A program made the translations under genes and the position numbers. Under the pieces are notes generated by a model, which saw only the letters and a list, made by a program, of their open reading frames with translations, did no database searches and was not told the DNA's origin. Below, in pieces: positions 19,025 through 27,720 of a stretch of DNA of 64,000 nucleotides (its first letter is position 1; every line of letters starts with the position of its first letter). This stretch comes from a bacterium (GTDB lineage Bacteria > Patescibacteriota > Saccharimonadia > Saccharimonadales > Saccharimonadaceae). The stretch spans positions 19,005 through 83,004 of the forward strand of contig CAVDXX010000002.1 of assembly GCA_963613175.1 (NCBI GenBank), read 5' to 3'.

Positions 19025-20095
19025 GTGCATACAAAAGTGAAAAATACAGAAGCCAAAATAAATGAAATAAATGCGTGCAGTGAGGCCGCTACGGATAAAA
19101 ATGTAGCAAAAAATTGGCAAAAAATCGTCAAAAATTTTCCCGAAGCAAATTTCTTGCAGTCGCCAGAATACGGACGGATGAACGAAATGCTGGGCGAAAA
19201 AGTGATTACGGCAGATCTTCAGGGGAAAAACGGCGGTTTCGGACACGCTCTGATGATTGTGCGAGATGCGAAGCGTGGACGGTATCTCGAAATCCCGTGC
19301 GGACCGTTGATTAATTGGGAAGATGCGAAAGTACGAACAGAGGTGATGCGAAAAATTCACGAAACAGCACGAGCGGAAAAATGTGTGTTCGTGCGGATTC
19401 GGCCACAACTGATCGCTACTGAGAAAAATACCCGAATTTTGACGGATTTGGGGCTAAGAAAAGCTCCGATGCACCTAGCAGCGGAACACACGGTGATTAT
19501 TGATCTGACGCCGACAGAGGAAAAGCTGCTCGCAAATATGCGCCGACAGACTCGCTACGAAGTTCGACGAGCGAAAAAACTCGGGATTACGGTTTCGCGC
19601 GACAATTCGGAGGCGATTTTCCGCGAATTTCACCAAGTGCAGGCCGAAACTGCGAAAAGACAGGGGTTCGTTCCGCCATCGCTTGAAGTTTTACTAGCTG
19701 AACGCGAGGCCTTTGGCGAAAATATTTGGATTTATGTGGCTAAAACAGCGGAAGGAGAACCGGTGGCGTATGGTTTGATTATCAAAAATGGCCGCGAGGG
19801 GGATTATTATGAGGCAGCTTCGACGGATTTAAACCGAAAATTACCGGGAGCATATGCGCTCTTGTGGCAGGCGATGCGAGATTTGAAAAAAGACAGCGTG
19901 GAACGCTTTAACCTCTGGGGGATTGCGCCAAAAAATCAGCCAAATCACCGGTACGCAGGGGTGACAACCTTTAAAACCGGGTTTGGCGGAGAGATGATTG
20001 AGTATGTCGCTGCGCACGATCTGGTGATTTCGAGATTTGGCTATCTGAAGGATTTAATTGTCGAGAAAGCTCGCAAGAAACGGAGGCATTTATGA
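19025..20095 (+). CDS. FemAB-family peptidoglycan interpeptide aminoacyltransferase
   Basis: FLQSPEYGRM, AKRGRYLEIPCGP, RRQTRYEVRRAKK, YYEAAS, FKTGFGG. GTG start. Confidence 0.75.
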   Translation: MHTKVKNTEAKINEINACSEAATDKNVAKNWQKIVKNFPEANFLQSPEYGRMNEMLGEKVITADLQGKNGGFGHALMIVRDAKRGRYLEIPCGPLINWEDAKVRTEVMRKIHETARAEKCVFVRIRPQLIATEKNTRILTDLGLRKAPMHLAAEHTVIIDLTPTEEKLLANMRRQTRYEVRRAKKLGITVSRDNSEAIFREFHQVQAETAKRQGFVPPSLEVLLAEREAFGENIWIYVAKTAEGEPVAYGLIIKNGREGDYYEAASTDLNRKLPGAYALLWQAMRDLKKDSVERFNLWGIAPKNQPNHRYAGVTTFKTGFGGEMIEYVAAHDLVISRFGYLKDLIVEKARKKRRHL

Positions 20096-21105
20096 AAGAC
20101 GCCACTAATCGTAAAATTTGGGATGATTTTGTTAAAAATCGTCCGGAGGCGAATTTCTTGCAGTCATGGGACTTTTATGAGTTTCACCGCGCTCGCGGAA
20201 AAGAAGTAGTGCGGAGAATTTCGACGAATAAACAGGGGAAAATCGTGGCAGCTTATGCCGGAGTAGTAGAGACGGCAAAACGAGGAACTTATCTTGCAAT
20301 CGCCGGCGGGCCGTTGATGGACTTTTCTGACGAAAAAATCGTCTCTAACGTGTTTTCTGATATCCGCGAGCAAGGCAAGGCTCATAACTGCGTGTTTATC
20401 AGGGTGCGGCCACAAGAGCCAATGTCGCAAAATATTTTGAAACTTTTGTCAAAACAAGGACTAAAGCCGGCGCCGATGTATCTATCGGTGGAATATGCGG
20501 GGATTTTAGATTTACATAAATCCGAGGAGGAAATTCTCACGAAAGCATCGCAAGGATTTCGGCGGAAACTGCGAAAAGCCAAGAAAAACGAGGTCGAAAT
20601 TACTGCCGAGACCGATGATAAAGCGATCGAGGAGTTCTGTCGGCTCGAAAAACTACACGCCGAGCGGCAAAAATATGTAGCATTTTCGAGCGATTTTTTA
20701 AAAAAACAGTTCGAAGCGTTCCGGAAAAACGGAGAAGTAGTGATTTATACCGCAAAAAAAGATGGGGAAACTCTGGCGCAGAACTTTATGATTTTTTACG
20801 GCCCGGAGGCGAGTTATCATTACGGCGTATCTTCGGCACTCGGGACGAAATACTCGGCGGCGCCACTTTTACATCTAGCCGCGATGGAAGAGGCACGAAA
20901 ACGCGGCTGCATCCGCTACAATCTCTGGGGAATCGTCGGTTTAGACGAAAAATCGCACCGTTTTTATGGGGTGAGCGAGTTTAAACGTTCGTTCGGGTGC
21001 GAGGAATTAAAATACACACCGGCGCATGATTTAATTTTAAACCCAGTGAAATATCAGATTACGAAAATCGTCGAGAACATACGCAAAAAAGTGCGTCATG
21101 TATGA
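20092..21105 (+). CDS. FemAB-family peptidoglycan interpeptide aminoacyltransferase (paralogue)
   Basis: FLQSWDFYEF, AKRGTYLAIAGGP, FRRKLRKAKK, SYHYGVSS, FKRSFG. 4-nt overlap with the upstream paralogue. Confidence 0.8.
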   Translation: MKDATNRKIWDDFVKNRPEANFLQSWDFYEFHRARGKEVVRRISTNKQGKIVAAYAGVVETAKRGTYLAIAGGPLMDFSDEKIVSNVFSDIREQGKAHNCVFIRVRPQEPMSQNILKLLSKQGLKPAPMYLSVEYAGILDLHKSEEEILTKASQGFRRKLRKAKKNEVEITAETDDKAIEEFCRLEKLHAERQKYVAFSSDFLKKQFEAFRKNGEVVIYTAKKDGETLAQNFMIFYGPEASYHYGVSSALGTKYSAAPLLHLAAMEEARKRGCIRYNLWGIVGLDEKSHRFYGVSEFKRSFGCEELKYTPAHDLILNPVKYQITKIVENIRKKVRHV

Positions 21106-21137
21106 TATAATAGACATAAGTAATTTAAGGAATTCTT

Positions 21138-21755
21138 ATGGCGAAAATAAATCGAAGATATATTGATAAACATTGGTTGATGTTTGTTTTACGGGGGACA
21201 TTAGCGGCGGTATTTGGTTGTTTAATGCTTTTTAATGGTGCCGAAAATGTCAGTAATACGATCGCGATTTTAGGTGTGATGCTGTTATTTATGGGGATTA
21301 TCGATGCGACTGGTGCATTGTATAGCTCAACGAAAAAACACGGCTGGATAAATTCGGTTATCGATGCATTAATTGACGTGGTTGCTGCGGTAATATTATT
21401 GTTTTTCGCAAAGGAAAGTCTGACTTCGAGCGTGATCATCATCTCAGTTTATACGATTATTTCTGGAATAATTGACATTTTTCACGGTTTCTTATCGACT
21501 GTTGACCCGACCGATCGTTTCATCCGCGTGCTAGCGGGCGTTTGTGGCTGTGTGATTGGCTTAGCGATTTTGAACTCTGGTGGATTTGAAATTATGACTT
21601 TCGTGCGTTTCTTCGGGACATATATGATAATCGTCGGAGCAACGAGTTTGATTTATGGTGTGCATAATCGTTCACAAAACATCGAAGACAAAATTGCACG
21701 CAGTGAAGCGCGTAAAAAATCCGGAAAAAAGCCTAGCAAAAACAAGAAAAAATAG
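21138..21755 (+). CDS. HdeD/DUF308-like multi-pass membrane protein
   Basis: Six hydrophobic segments with a repeated G-rich DUF308-like pattern. Lys-rich tail. Confidence 0.5.
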   Translation: MAKINRRYIDKHWLMFVLRGTLAAVFGCLMLFNGAENVSNTIAILGVMLLFMGIIDATGALYSSTKKHGWINSVIDALIDVVAAVILLFFAKESLTSSVIIISVYTIISGIIDIFHGFLSTVDPTDRFIRVLAGVCGCVIGLAILNSGGFEIMTFVRFFGTYMIIVGATSLIYGVHNRSQNIEDKIARSEARKKSGKKPSKNKKK

Positions 21756-21768
21756 TATAATAGAAAAA

Positions 21769-21860
21769 TAATATCAAGAAGGAACGAGGGATCGGCCCAA
21801 CGACTTCCTGCCAACCTAGCGATGCCAAGGTGGTAAATCCGACCAGAAAGGAAAGATATG
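21769..21860 (+). promoter_or_regulatory. SAM-I (S-box) clan riboswitch, probably translational
   Basis: UAUCAAGAAGG..GAGGGAUCGGCCCAACGACUUCCUGCCAACC..CCAAGGUGGUAAAUCC..AGAAAGGAAAGAUAUG matches the S-box core (GAGGGA/GGCCC/GCAACC-like/AAGGUG.UAAAUCC). The P1 3' strand overlaps the SD and ATG 21858. TATAAT at 21756-21761. Confidence 0.8.
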
Positions 21861-22820
21861 TTCTATCGAACCGCGGAGAGCGTTTCTCCGAAACACCCAG
21901 ATAAACTTTGCGACCAAATCAGCGATGCGATTTTGGATGCGTATTTAAAAGAAGACCCGAACGCACGAGTCGCGGCGGAAGCTTGCGGTGGGCACGGAGT
22001 AGTGTTTGTGACCGGCGAAATCACATCGACAGCGACGGATATTGATATCCCGGCAATCGTGAGACGAATTGCGGGGGAAGTTGAAGTACATACGAAAATC
22101 GTGGAACAATCTCCCGAAATTGCGCAGGGCGTCGATACCGGGGGCGCGGGCGATCAGGGAATCATGATTGGGTTTGCGTGCGATGAAACTCCGGAACTTT
22201 TGCCACGCGAAGTCGTGTTGTCTCGTCGGCTAAATCAATATATTTACGAAAAGTTCCCGTTTGACGGTAAAACACAGGTAACGATTGCACCGGACGGTTC
22301 GATTGATTCGATTGTGGCGAGTTTTCAAAATGCGCCGAAAGACGAGCTTACGGAATTAGTGCAGGGATTTATTGCGGAAAATAACTTGTCCGGCAAGTTG
22401 GAACTGCATATAAATCCAGCCGGAGACTGGAATCAAGGCGGTTTTGACGCCGATACGGGGCTGACCGGGCGAAAGTTGATCGTGGACAATTACGGCCCGC
22501 GAGTGGCGATTGGCGGAGGTTGTTATTCAGGCAAGGACCCGTCGAAAGTCGATCGCTCGGCGGCGTATATGGCACGAAAAGTGGCAGTGGATTATTTGAG
22601 AGAGCGCGGGGCGCATGAAGTGTTGGTGCGACTGGCTTATGCAATCGGATACGCCGAGCCATTAGAAAAAACTGTGATCATTGATGGTCAGCCGGAAGAA
22701 ATCGAAGGCTACGATTTAACACCGAACGGAATTATTGAATTTTTGGACCTAAAACGCCCGATTTACGAACAAACCGCCCGCTATGGCCATTACGGCGAGG
22801 GGTTTGGGTGGGATAAATAA
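21858..22820 (+). CDS. metK: S-adenosylmethionine synthetase, compact form (320 aa)
   Basis: HPDKLCDQISDAILDA, GAGDQGIMIGFA, GLTGRKLIVD, GKDPSKVDRSAAYMAR. Confidence 0.88.
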   Translation: MFYRTAESVSPKHPDKLCDQISDAILDAYLKEDPNARVAAEACGGHGVVFVTGEITSTATDIDIPAIVRRIAGEVEVHTKIVEQSPEIAQGVDTGGAGDQGIMIGFACDETPELLPREVVLSRRLNQYIYEKFPFDGKTQVTIAPDGSIDSIVASFQNAPKDELTELVQGFIAENNLSGKLELHINPAGDWNQGGFDADTGLTGRKLIVDNYGPRVAIGGGCYSGKDPSKVDRSAAYMARKVAVDYLRERGAHEVLVRLAYAIGYAEPLEKTVIIDGQPEEIEGYDLTPNGIIEFLDLKRPIYEQTARYGHYGEGFGWDK

Positions 22821-23103
22821 TCTTATTCGAATAAAAAATCCCCGCGAGTTTCGAAGTTTATTTTTTATAATGTGTTATAGAGTCCAAACCTCCATGAGTA
22901 TTTATATTTTTAATATATGTATTATTGTAATAAAAATACTCTTCTAAATATGATCCTTCTGATGTAAGTTCAATAATGGCATATTTTCCCTCGGGGAAAT
23001 AGTCTATATAATAAAAATATAACGTCCCAACCTATATCTACTATTTCACTATCACATAAATAAAAACTAATTATGATGCGAGATGATTTAAAAATAAATT
23101 CTA

Positions 23104-25479
23104 CTAATATTTCGCCACGAAATGCATTCCGTAATCCACCCGAACCATATCGCCGGGTTGATAGAGCTCGCCGTCTGCGGTGTTATACCAGCCTCTAAAA
23201 CCAATCTTGTTTAGAGGCTCTTTCAACAAATAGAAATTGCCTTCCTTGAACACGAAATTGGTCGCGTCACTCATCCCAAACATCAAATCATCACTCGTCG
23301 TAACCTTCCATAAACGATTTCCTTCGCCGTCTTCTTCTGGCTTTAAGAGCATCTCGTCATTTAACTGATTGTGGAGTAGATAATTTTTAAAAGTCTCAAA
23401 ATCAAGATAGGCAGACAGGACTTTTCCTTCCTCGACGCGAAGCCCTTTAAACATATAATACGGCATCACATCACTGAATAGGGAATAATCATAAAGTTCG
23501 AGCTCATCATAATCGCGATTTTCCCAAGTAATATTTTTGCCAAAGTCATACAGGTTCGAAAGGATAACGGTTCCGTCGGTTGTTATGACGTTATTTGCGA
23601 TAATGTCATAATAACGCGTAGAAACGACGTGATAATATTCAACCGGTTCGTCGATAGTCTCAATACTAACAACTTTTACATACTCTATCTCGTTATTAGC
23701 ATTCAATTTCGCAATCTCGGTACCGACTTTAAAGTTCTCGCTATCATGAACGGAGACGAATTGATTTAAGTCTTTACTGAAAACTCCGTGCTGACCGACG
23801 GTCTTAAGTACTGTTCCGTCCGAAAAAGTGGTTTTCTGATAATGATTAGTGGTTTTACCTTGTTCGATCCAAATCGGATATTCGTAAGTGTAAGTTCCAG
23901 TTTCATAATTCCAAACCAAGAGTAAATCATTATAAGTAATATCCTCAATTTTTTTCGTACTGCCATCGGCGAGAGTAACTAAAGTTCCTTTGACTAGGCA
24001 AAAACCCGTCGCACTCGCAGTGATTGTGATATCGCCGGTCACCTTGTTAATTGTGATTGCGCCACTCGAAGAATCATACGTATAATCCGTCCCACTGGTC
24101 AAAGTTGTTCCGCCCATGGTAATCGTGACAGAAGAAGGCAACATGTCAAGGCTCGATGAAGAATTGACTGCAAGAGTGGTAGAATAACTTGAATAAATCA
24201 TTGCCGTATCCGAAGTAGAAGAAGACCCGTCATGACTTAGTTTCGAAAGTCTATAAGTAACCGAAAATTGCCATTTTAGGCTCGTTGTGTTCGATAAACT
24301 ACAATATCCGCTTTCGGTCGTAGCAGAGCCACAGAAGCTTTCGCCGATATTTCCGGCCTCGTCTTCACCGTAAACTTTGACATAGTAATTACCTTCTTCT
24401 AGATTTGTCAGAGTGTAGCTCGTCAGAGCAGAGCCGGTTTCATAAGTTGAGGTCGTCCCCGTGTCGGTATTATAAAGAACGATATAATAATTAGTGACCG
24501 ATGAGCCACCGGTGTCGATTCGATCCCAAGAGACTAATGCTTCGCCAATTACTGTATTCTCTTCAGGAATAGCGATGCTAATATTTCCGACTTTTGGGGC
24601 TTCAGTATCAACAACTTCAGAATTATCAACCGCAAGCGTCAGTTCGCCGACATTCACGGTATTAACCCCGGTACTGTTCAAAGTAATAATTGTTGTAGTT
24701 TCGTCGGCCAAGAATGAACCTCCTTCAGCAGTCTTAGCGCAAACCTCATAATTCTCGGTGGTATTTGCGCCGATTGAAAAAGTACCTAGCGCTGTCCCAG
24801 CGTTATTCACTAAGGCAATATTATCATTGCTCGAATCTAAAATGAAATTCCGATCATATTTATATGTATTCGCAACTGAAACTGTAAAACAGGCAATCGC
24901 ACCGCCTTGTAAATTACCGGTGGTGGGAGTGATACTAGCAATAATATTACCAGTATTATCCGTCGTGTAGGTTGCATCGCCGTCGATCGTTACCTCCGCG
25001 TCGATGTCGTCGGTTGTAATCGTAAATTGAAGTTTATACGTCCGACTTTCTTCGGCAGGGATGACTTCTCCTGGGTCTAAAATTTCTCCAGTTGCACTAT
25101 TTGTGATTACGGTTTCAACTGAAACGTGGCCAGAGGTATCGAGTTTTGCCGAGAAAGGGAAGTTGTTAAAAGCATAATTGTATGCCGAGCCGTTATTAAT
25201 TTCGACTAAATATGTCGCGACAAAGGTTTCACTCGTTCCACGAACTTTAAAAGCGATATTTAAACCATCGATGGTAGGGTTGGAATAATCCCTTAGATTC
25301 GAACTTTCGCTTTCGACGATTGTCGCACTAACGATTTCAAGTTTCCCTTGTTTTTTTAAGGTAATATCACCATTTAATCCCAAATCTTGTTTATATAATG
25401 CAAAACCAACACTCATGGATGCCACGATTATAAAAACAATAAGCCCAAGAATGTTGTATTTTGACAGTTTAAATGTCAT
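23104..25479 (-). CDS. Large exported surface protein: SipW-type signal, Ig-like repeats, FN3, Hint (intein-like) domain, C-terminal Listeria-Bacteroides-repeat-like module
   Basis: N-terminus MSVGFALYKQDLGLNGDITLKK is shared with the 191-aa ORF. FN3-like SWDRIDTGGSSVTNYYIVLY...NYYVKVYGEDEAGN. Hint block A CLVKGTLVTLADGS. C-terminal blocks YYHVVSTRYYDIIANNVITTD. Tail GFRGWYNTADG...HFVAKY. Confidence 0.6.
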   Translation of the reverse strand: MTFKLSKYNILGLIVFIIVASMSVGFALYKQDLGLNGDITLKKQGKLEIVSATIVESESSNLRDYSNPTIDGLNIAFKVRGTSETFVATYLVEINNGSAYNYAFNNFPFSAKLDTSGHVSVETVITNSATGEILDPGEVIPAEESRTYKLQFTITTDDIDAEVTIDGDATYTTDNTGNIIASITPTTGNLQGGAIACFTVSVANTYKYDRNFILDSSNDNIALVNNAGTALGTFSIGANTTENYEVCAKTAEGGSFLADETTTIITLNSTGVNTVNVGELTLAVDNSEVVDTEAPKVGNISIAIPEENTVIGEALVSWDRIDTGGSSVTNYYIVLYNTDTGTTSTYETGSALTSYTLTNLEEGNYYVKVYGEDEAGNIGESFCGSATTESGYCSLSNTTSLKWQFSVTYRLSKLSHDGSSSTSDTAMIYSSYSTTLAVNSSSSLDMLPSSVTITMGGTTLTSGTDYTYDSSSGAITINKVTGDITITASATGFCLVKGTLVTLADGSTKKIEDITYNDLLLVWNYETGTYTYEYPIWIEQGKTTNHYQKTTFSDGTVLKTVGQHGVFSKDLNQFVSVHDSENFKVGTEIAKLNANNEIEYVKVVSIETIDEPVEYYHVVSTRYYDIIANNVITTDGTVILSNLYDFGKNITWENRDYDELELYDYSLFSDVMPYYMFKGLRVEEGKVLSAYLDFETFKNYLLHNQLNDEMLLKPEEDGEGNRLWKVTTSDDLMFGMSDATNFVFKEGNFYLLKEPLNKIGFRGWYNTADGELYQPGDMVRVDYGMHFVAKY

Positions 25480-26549
25480 TTTTTAGCTTTTCCTTTACGG
25501 GGAACTTCTTTTTTCAGGTCAAAACGCCAAGCAATATCGCCACCGATGAGAATAAATGAAGCGCCAACTTTAGTCGATGTATAATTTATCGGCTTTCTCA
25601 CCTCGCCATGCGCATCAATCAATTCGTTAAAAGACGTCACTTCTATGACATTAATATGCTTTAAGTCCGGAACCGCATCCGTATTGACAATAATATTGTC
25701 GTAAGTCTTTAAGATTTTGCGCAAAGTCTTATTATATTTATTTTCACTTTTAATCATAGTAATCGTTGCACGAATGGCGAAAATCAGAGTGATAGCCGCA
25801 ACAACAAAACAAGTATACCCGACATATTTCACGATAGTAAAGAATAAAACATTTTCTTGTATTGTATCACTAAACAGTGAGCCATTGCCATCCGCTTCAT
25901 TGGTTGAAACTGGGATTTCGATTGTAGCACTAGTCAACGGGATTCTTAAATCGACATTGCTCTGTTTCTCGATCGTTCGCCCGAATAATTCATTCTCCAT
26001 ATCGTTTTCGACCACTAGGGAAATAGTGAGTTGTCCATCCATCGAGACGCCATATTTACTCTTGAAGTCGTTAAGTAAGCTATTATATTGTTGATAGTCC
26101 ACTTTTATTTCGGACTCAATATTAATTTTATCCGTATTGTCGTATTTTTTGGTAACCTTTTCGGACAGTATGTAGTCCTTTGACCAATAAGCTTCTTCAG
26201 TATCATCTTTATTTGCTGAAATTGTCCCCTTGATATAATATGAATAACTTCCGCTGACTTTCGTGTCAATGCTAAAATTGTAATTATAATCGATTAAGAC
26301 GTAATCAATCAGACTCGCAATGTAGGTATGATTTTTCTCAAGGTATGGTGTCTCGAAAAAGTTATTTTCTTTCAAATAAATCTTGTAATCGATATCTTTT
26401 TTCTCGTTATAGGCGACCGAAATTTCCTGATCGACATTGTGGCTATATTTTAATAATCCAAAACCTAAAGCACCAAAAACAAACACGAAAACAAAAAGCA
26501 CAATCACAATTGCTTTTCTGTTTTTTTCTGCTTTTTTGTCCTTTCTCAT
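25476..26549 (-). CDS. Two-TM membrane protein with large beta-rich ectodomain (DUF5305-like, from memory)
   Basis: TM segments at about aa 14-34 and about aa 245-268. 4-nt overlaps with both neighbouring genes. Confidence 0.45.
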   Translation of the reverse strand: MRKDKKAEKNRKAIVIVLFVFVFVFGALGFGLLKYSHNVDQEISVAYNEKKDIDYKIYLKENNFFETPYLEKNHTYIASLIDYVLIDYNYNFSIDTKVSGSYSYYIKGTISANKDDTEEAYWSKDYILSEKVTKKYDNTDKINIESEIKVDYQQYNSLLNDFKSKYGVSMDGQLTISLVVENDMENELFGRTIEKQSNVDLRIPLTSATIEIPVSTNEADGNGSLFSDTIQENVLFFTIVKYVGYTCFVVAAITLIFAIRATITMIKSENKYNKTLRKILKTYDNIIVNTDAVPDLKHINVIEVTSFNELIDAHGEVRKPINYTSTKVGASFILIGGDIAWRFDLKKEVPRKGKAKK

Positions 26550-27682
26550 TTTTTGAATAATTCCTGTAGCTCCACTGTCGGGTAGCCAATATATTTTATT
26601 ATGTATTTCACTTTTCCATAAACATCTTCGGCGTCGACCAATTCCGAATCTGCTTTTTCGTTTGCATCACCTTTGGTTTTAAAACGATATTTGTCGCCAG
26701 ATTTTACAATCTCGACTACTCGATGAGTAATAATTCTACCGTTCGAATTAAATACTAAAACATCGCCCTTGTTGATTTCGTCCGCGTTCTTTTTTGCATA
26801 AACAACGGCATCTCCTCGATTATAAACTGGATCCATAGAATTTGAAGCGACCGCAATCATATGATAATTTCCGATTCCGGCAACCAACGCGAAAATAATC
26901 ATAATCGCAATAATTGCCGGAGGAACAAAAATCCAATTGCGCCGTTTCTCAATCTGTTTTTTGTCGTGATACTTCAAGGTCTTATTGAATCTTAGATATA
27001 GATAATAAGGCATCAATATCCCGAAAACGGATGTGATATAATCTCCGAGGTTTGGAATGATAGGAACGATGAACCAGAATGTTTCTAACGTTAAGGTTAG
27101 GATCAATGTCGGGACTAAGCTCACTTTATACGTAATAAAAGTAAAAAGAGCGTTTTGTGCGACAATACTACACAATTCGAGACAGAAGAAAAGGAAGAAT
27201 TGCTCCGGACTATTAAAATCATAATAATAAGCAGATAAGGCTAAATCGTACAAAATAAAAATTGACGTCAGACCTGCAAGTTGCTTGAAGCCACCATCAG
27301 TCTTACGACAAGCGACGTAGCGTACAATTTCTCGGCTTATAACCATGACAAGAACGGGGAAAATATTGTAAAAGAGCCCTTTAAAACTATGTGCGTAAAC
27401 GCTATAAGAAAAACCGGTAAAAATGCCAAGCAGATACATGATCATGATGTATAGCAGGCAATAAATTATAGCGTACTTGATGCCGATTTTTTTAAAATAA
27501 TTATTATCTTTTGGGAAACCGCCGATAATAAGAACTGCTATAGCTAAAACGAGCCAGATCCCCATTTCAGCGAAACTGAGATAAGTTGAGCCCCTAAGGG
27601 GTACAATGATAAAAAGGTGGCTGATTAACAAATAGAAAAATATCGAAAACCCATAGATATAAATCTTTTTGCTTTTTTTCAC
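26546..27682 (-). CDS. Polytopic membrane domain fused to S26B (SipW/archaeal-type) signal peptidase I
   Basis: About 270 aa with about 7-8 TM segments. C-terminal part has ASNSMDPVYNRGDAVVY (Ser box), IITHRVVE (His box) and KGDANEKAD (box E). GTG start. Confidence 0.7.
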   Translation of the reverse strand: MKKSKKIYIYGFSIFFYLLISHLFIIVPLRGSTYLSFAEMGIWLVLAIAVLIIGGFPKDNNYFKKIGIKYAIIYCLLYIMIMYLLGIFTGFSYSVYAHSFKGLFYNIFPVLVMVISREIVRYVACRKTDGGFKQLAGLTSIFILYDLALSAYYYDFNSPEQFFLFFCLELCSIVAQNALFTFITYKVSLVPTLILTLTLETFWFIVPIIPNLGDYITSVFGILMPYYLYLRFNKTLKYHDKKQIEKRRNWIFVPPAIIAIMIIFALVAGIGNYHMIAVASNSMDPVYNRGDAVVYAKKNADEINKGDVLVFNSNGRIITHRVVEIVKSGDKYRFKTKGDANEKADSELVDAEDVYGKVKYIIKYIGYPTVELQELFKK

Positions 27683-27720
27683 ATCAATCCTTTTTAAATG
27701 TACCCCTTAAAATGTTCTGG

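Noticed and set aside
19239-19250. 12-nt match (tcggacacgctc) to the element core inside the first FemAB gene.
   Set aside because: There is no flanking similarity, no palindrome, and no extra residues relative to the paralogue at that position. It is probably chance or a tiny remnant.
18731-19408. 225-aa minus-strand ORF spanning the DegT/FemAB junction.
   Set aside because: It is antisense to two well-supported genes, its sequence is Phe/Ile/Arg-rich and low in complexity, and it has no SD or promoter.
22821-23103. Search for a direct repeat of the tRNA-Leu 3' end (tggtgggcgaggagggacttgaa) marking the far island border (attL/attR).
   Set aside because: No convincing copy was seen by eye, and no integrase is present in the island. 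Integration at the tRNA therefore remains an inference from position and composition only.
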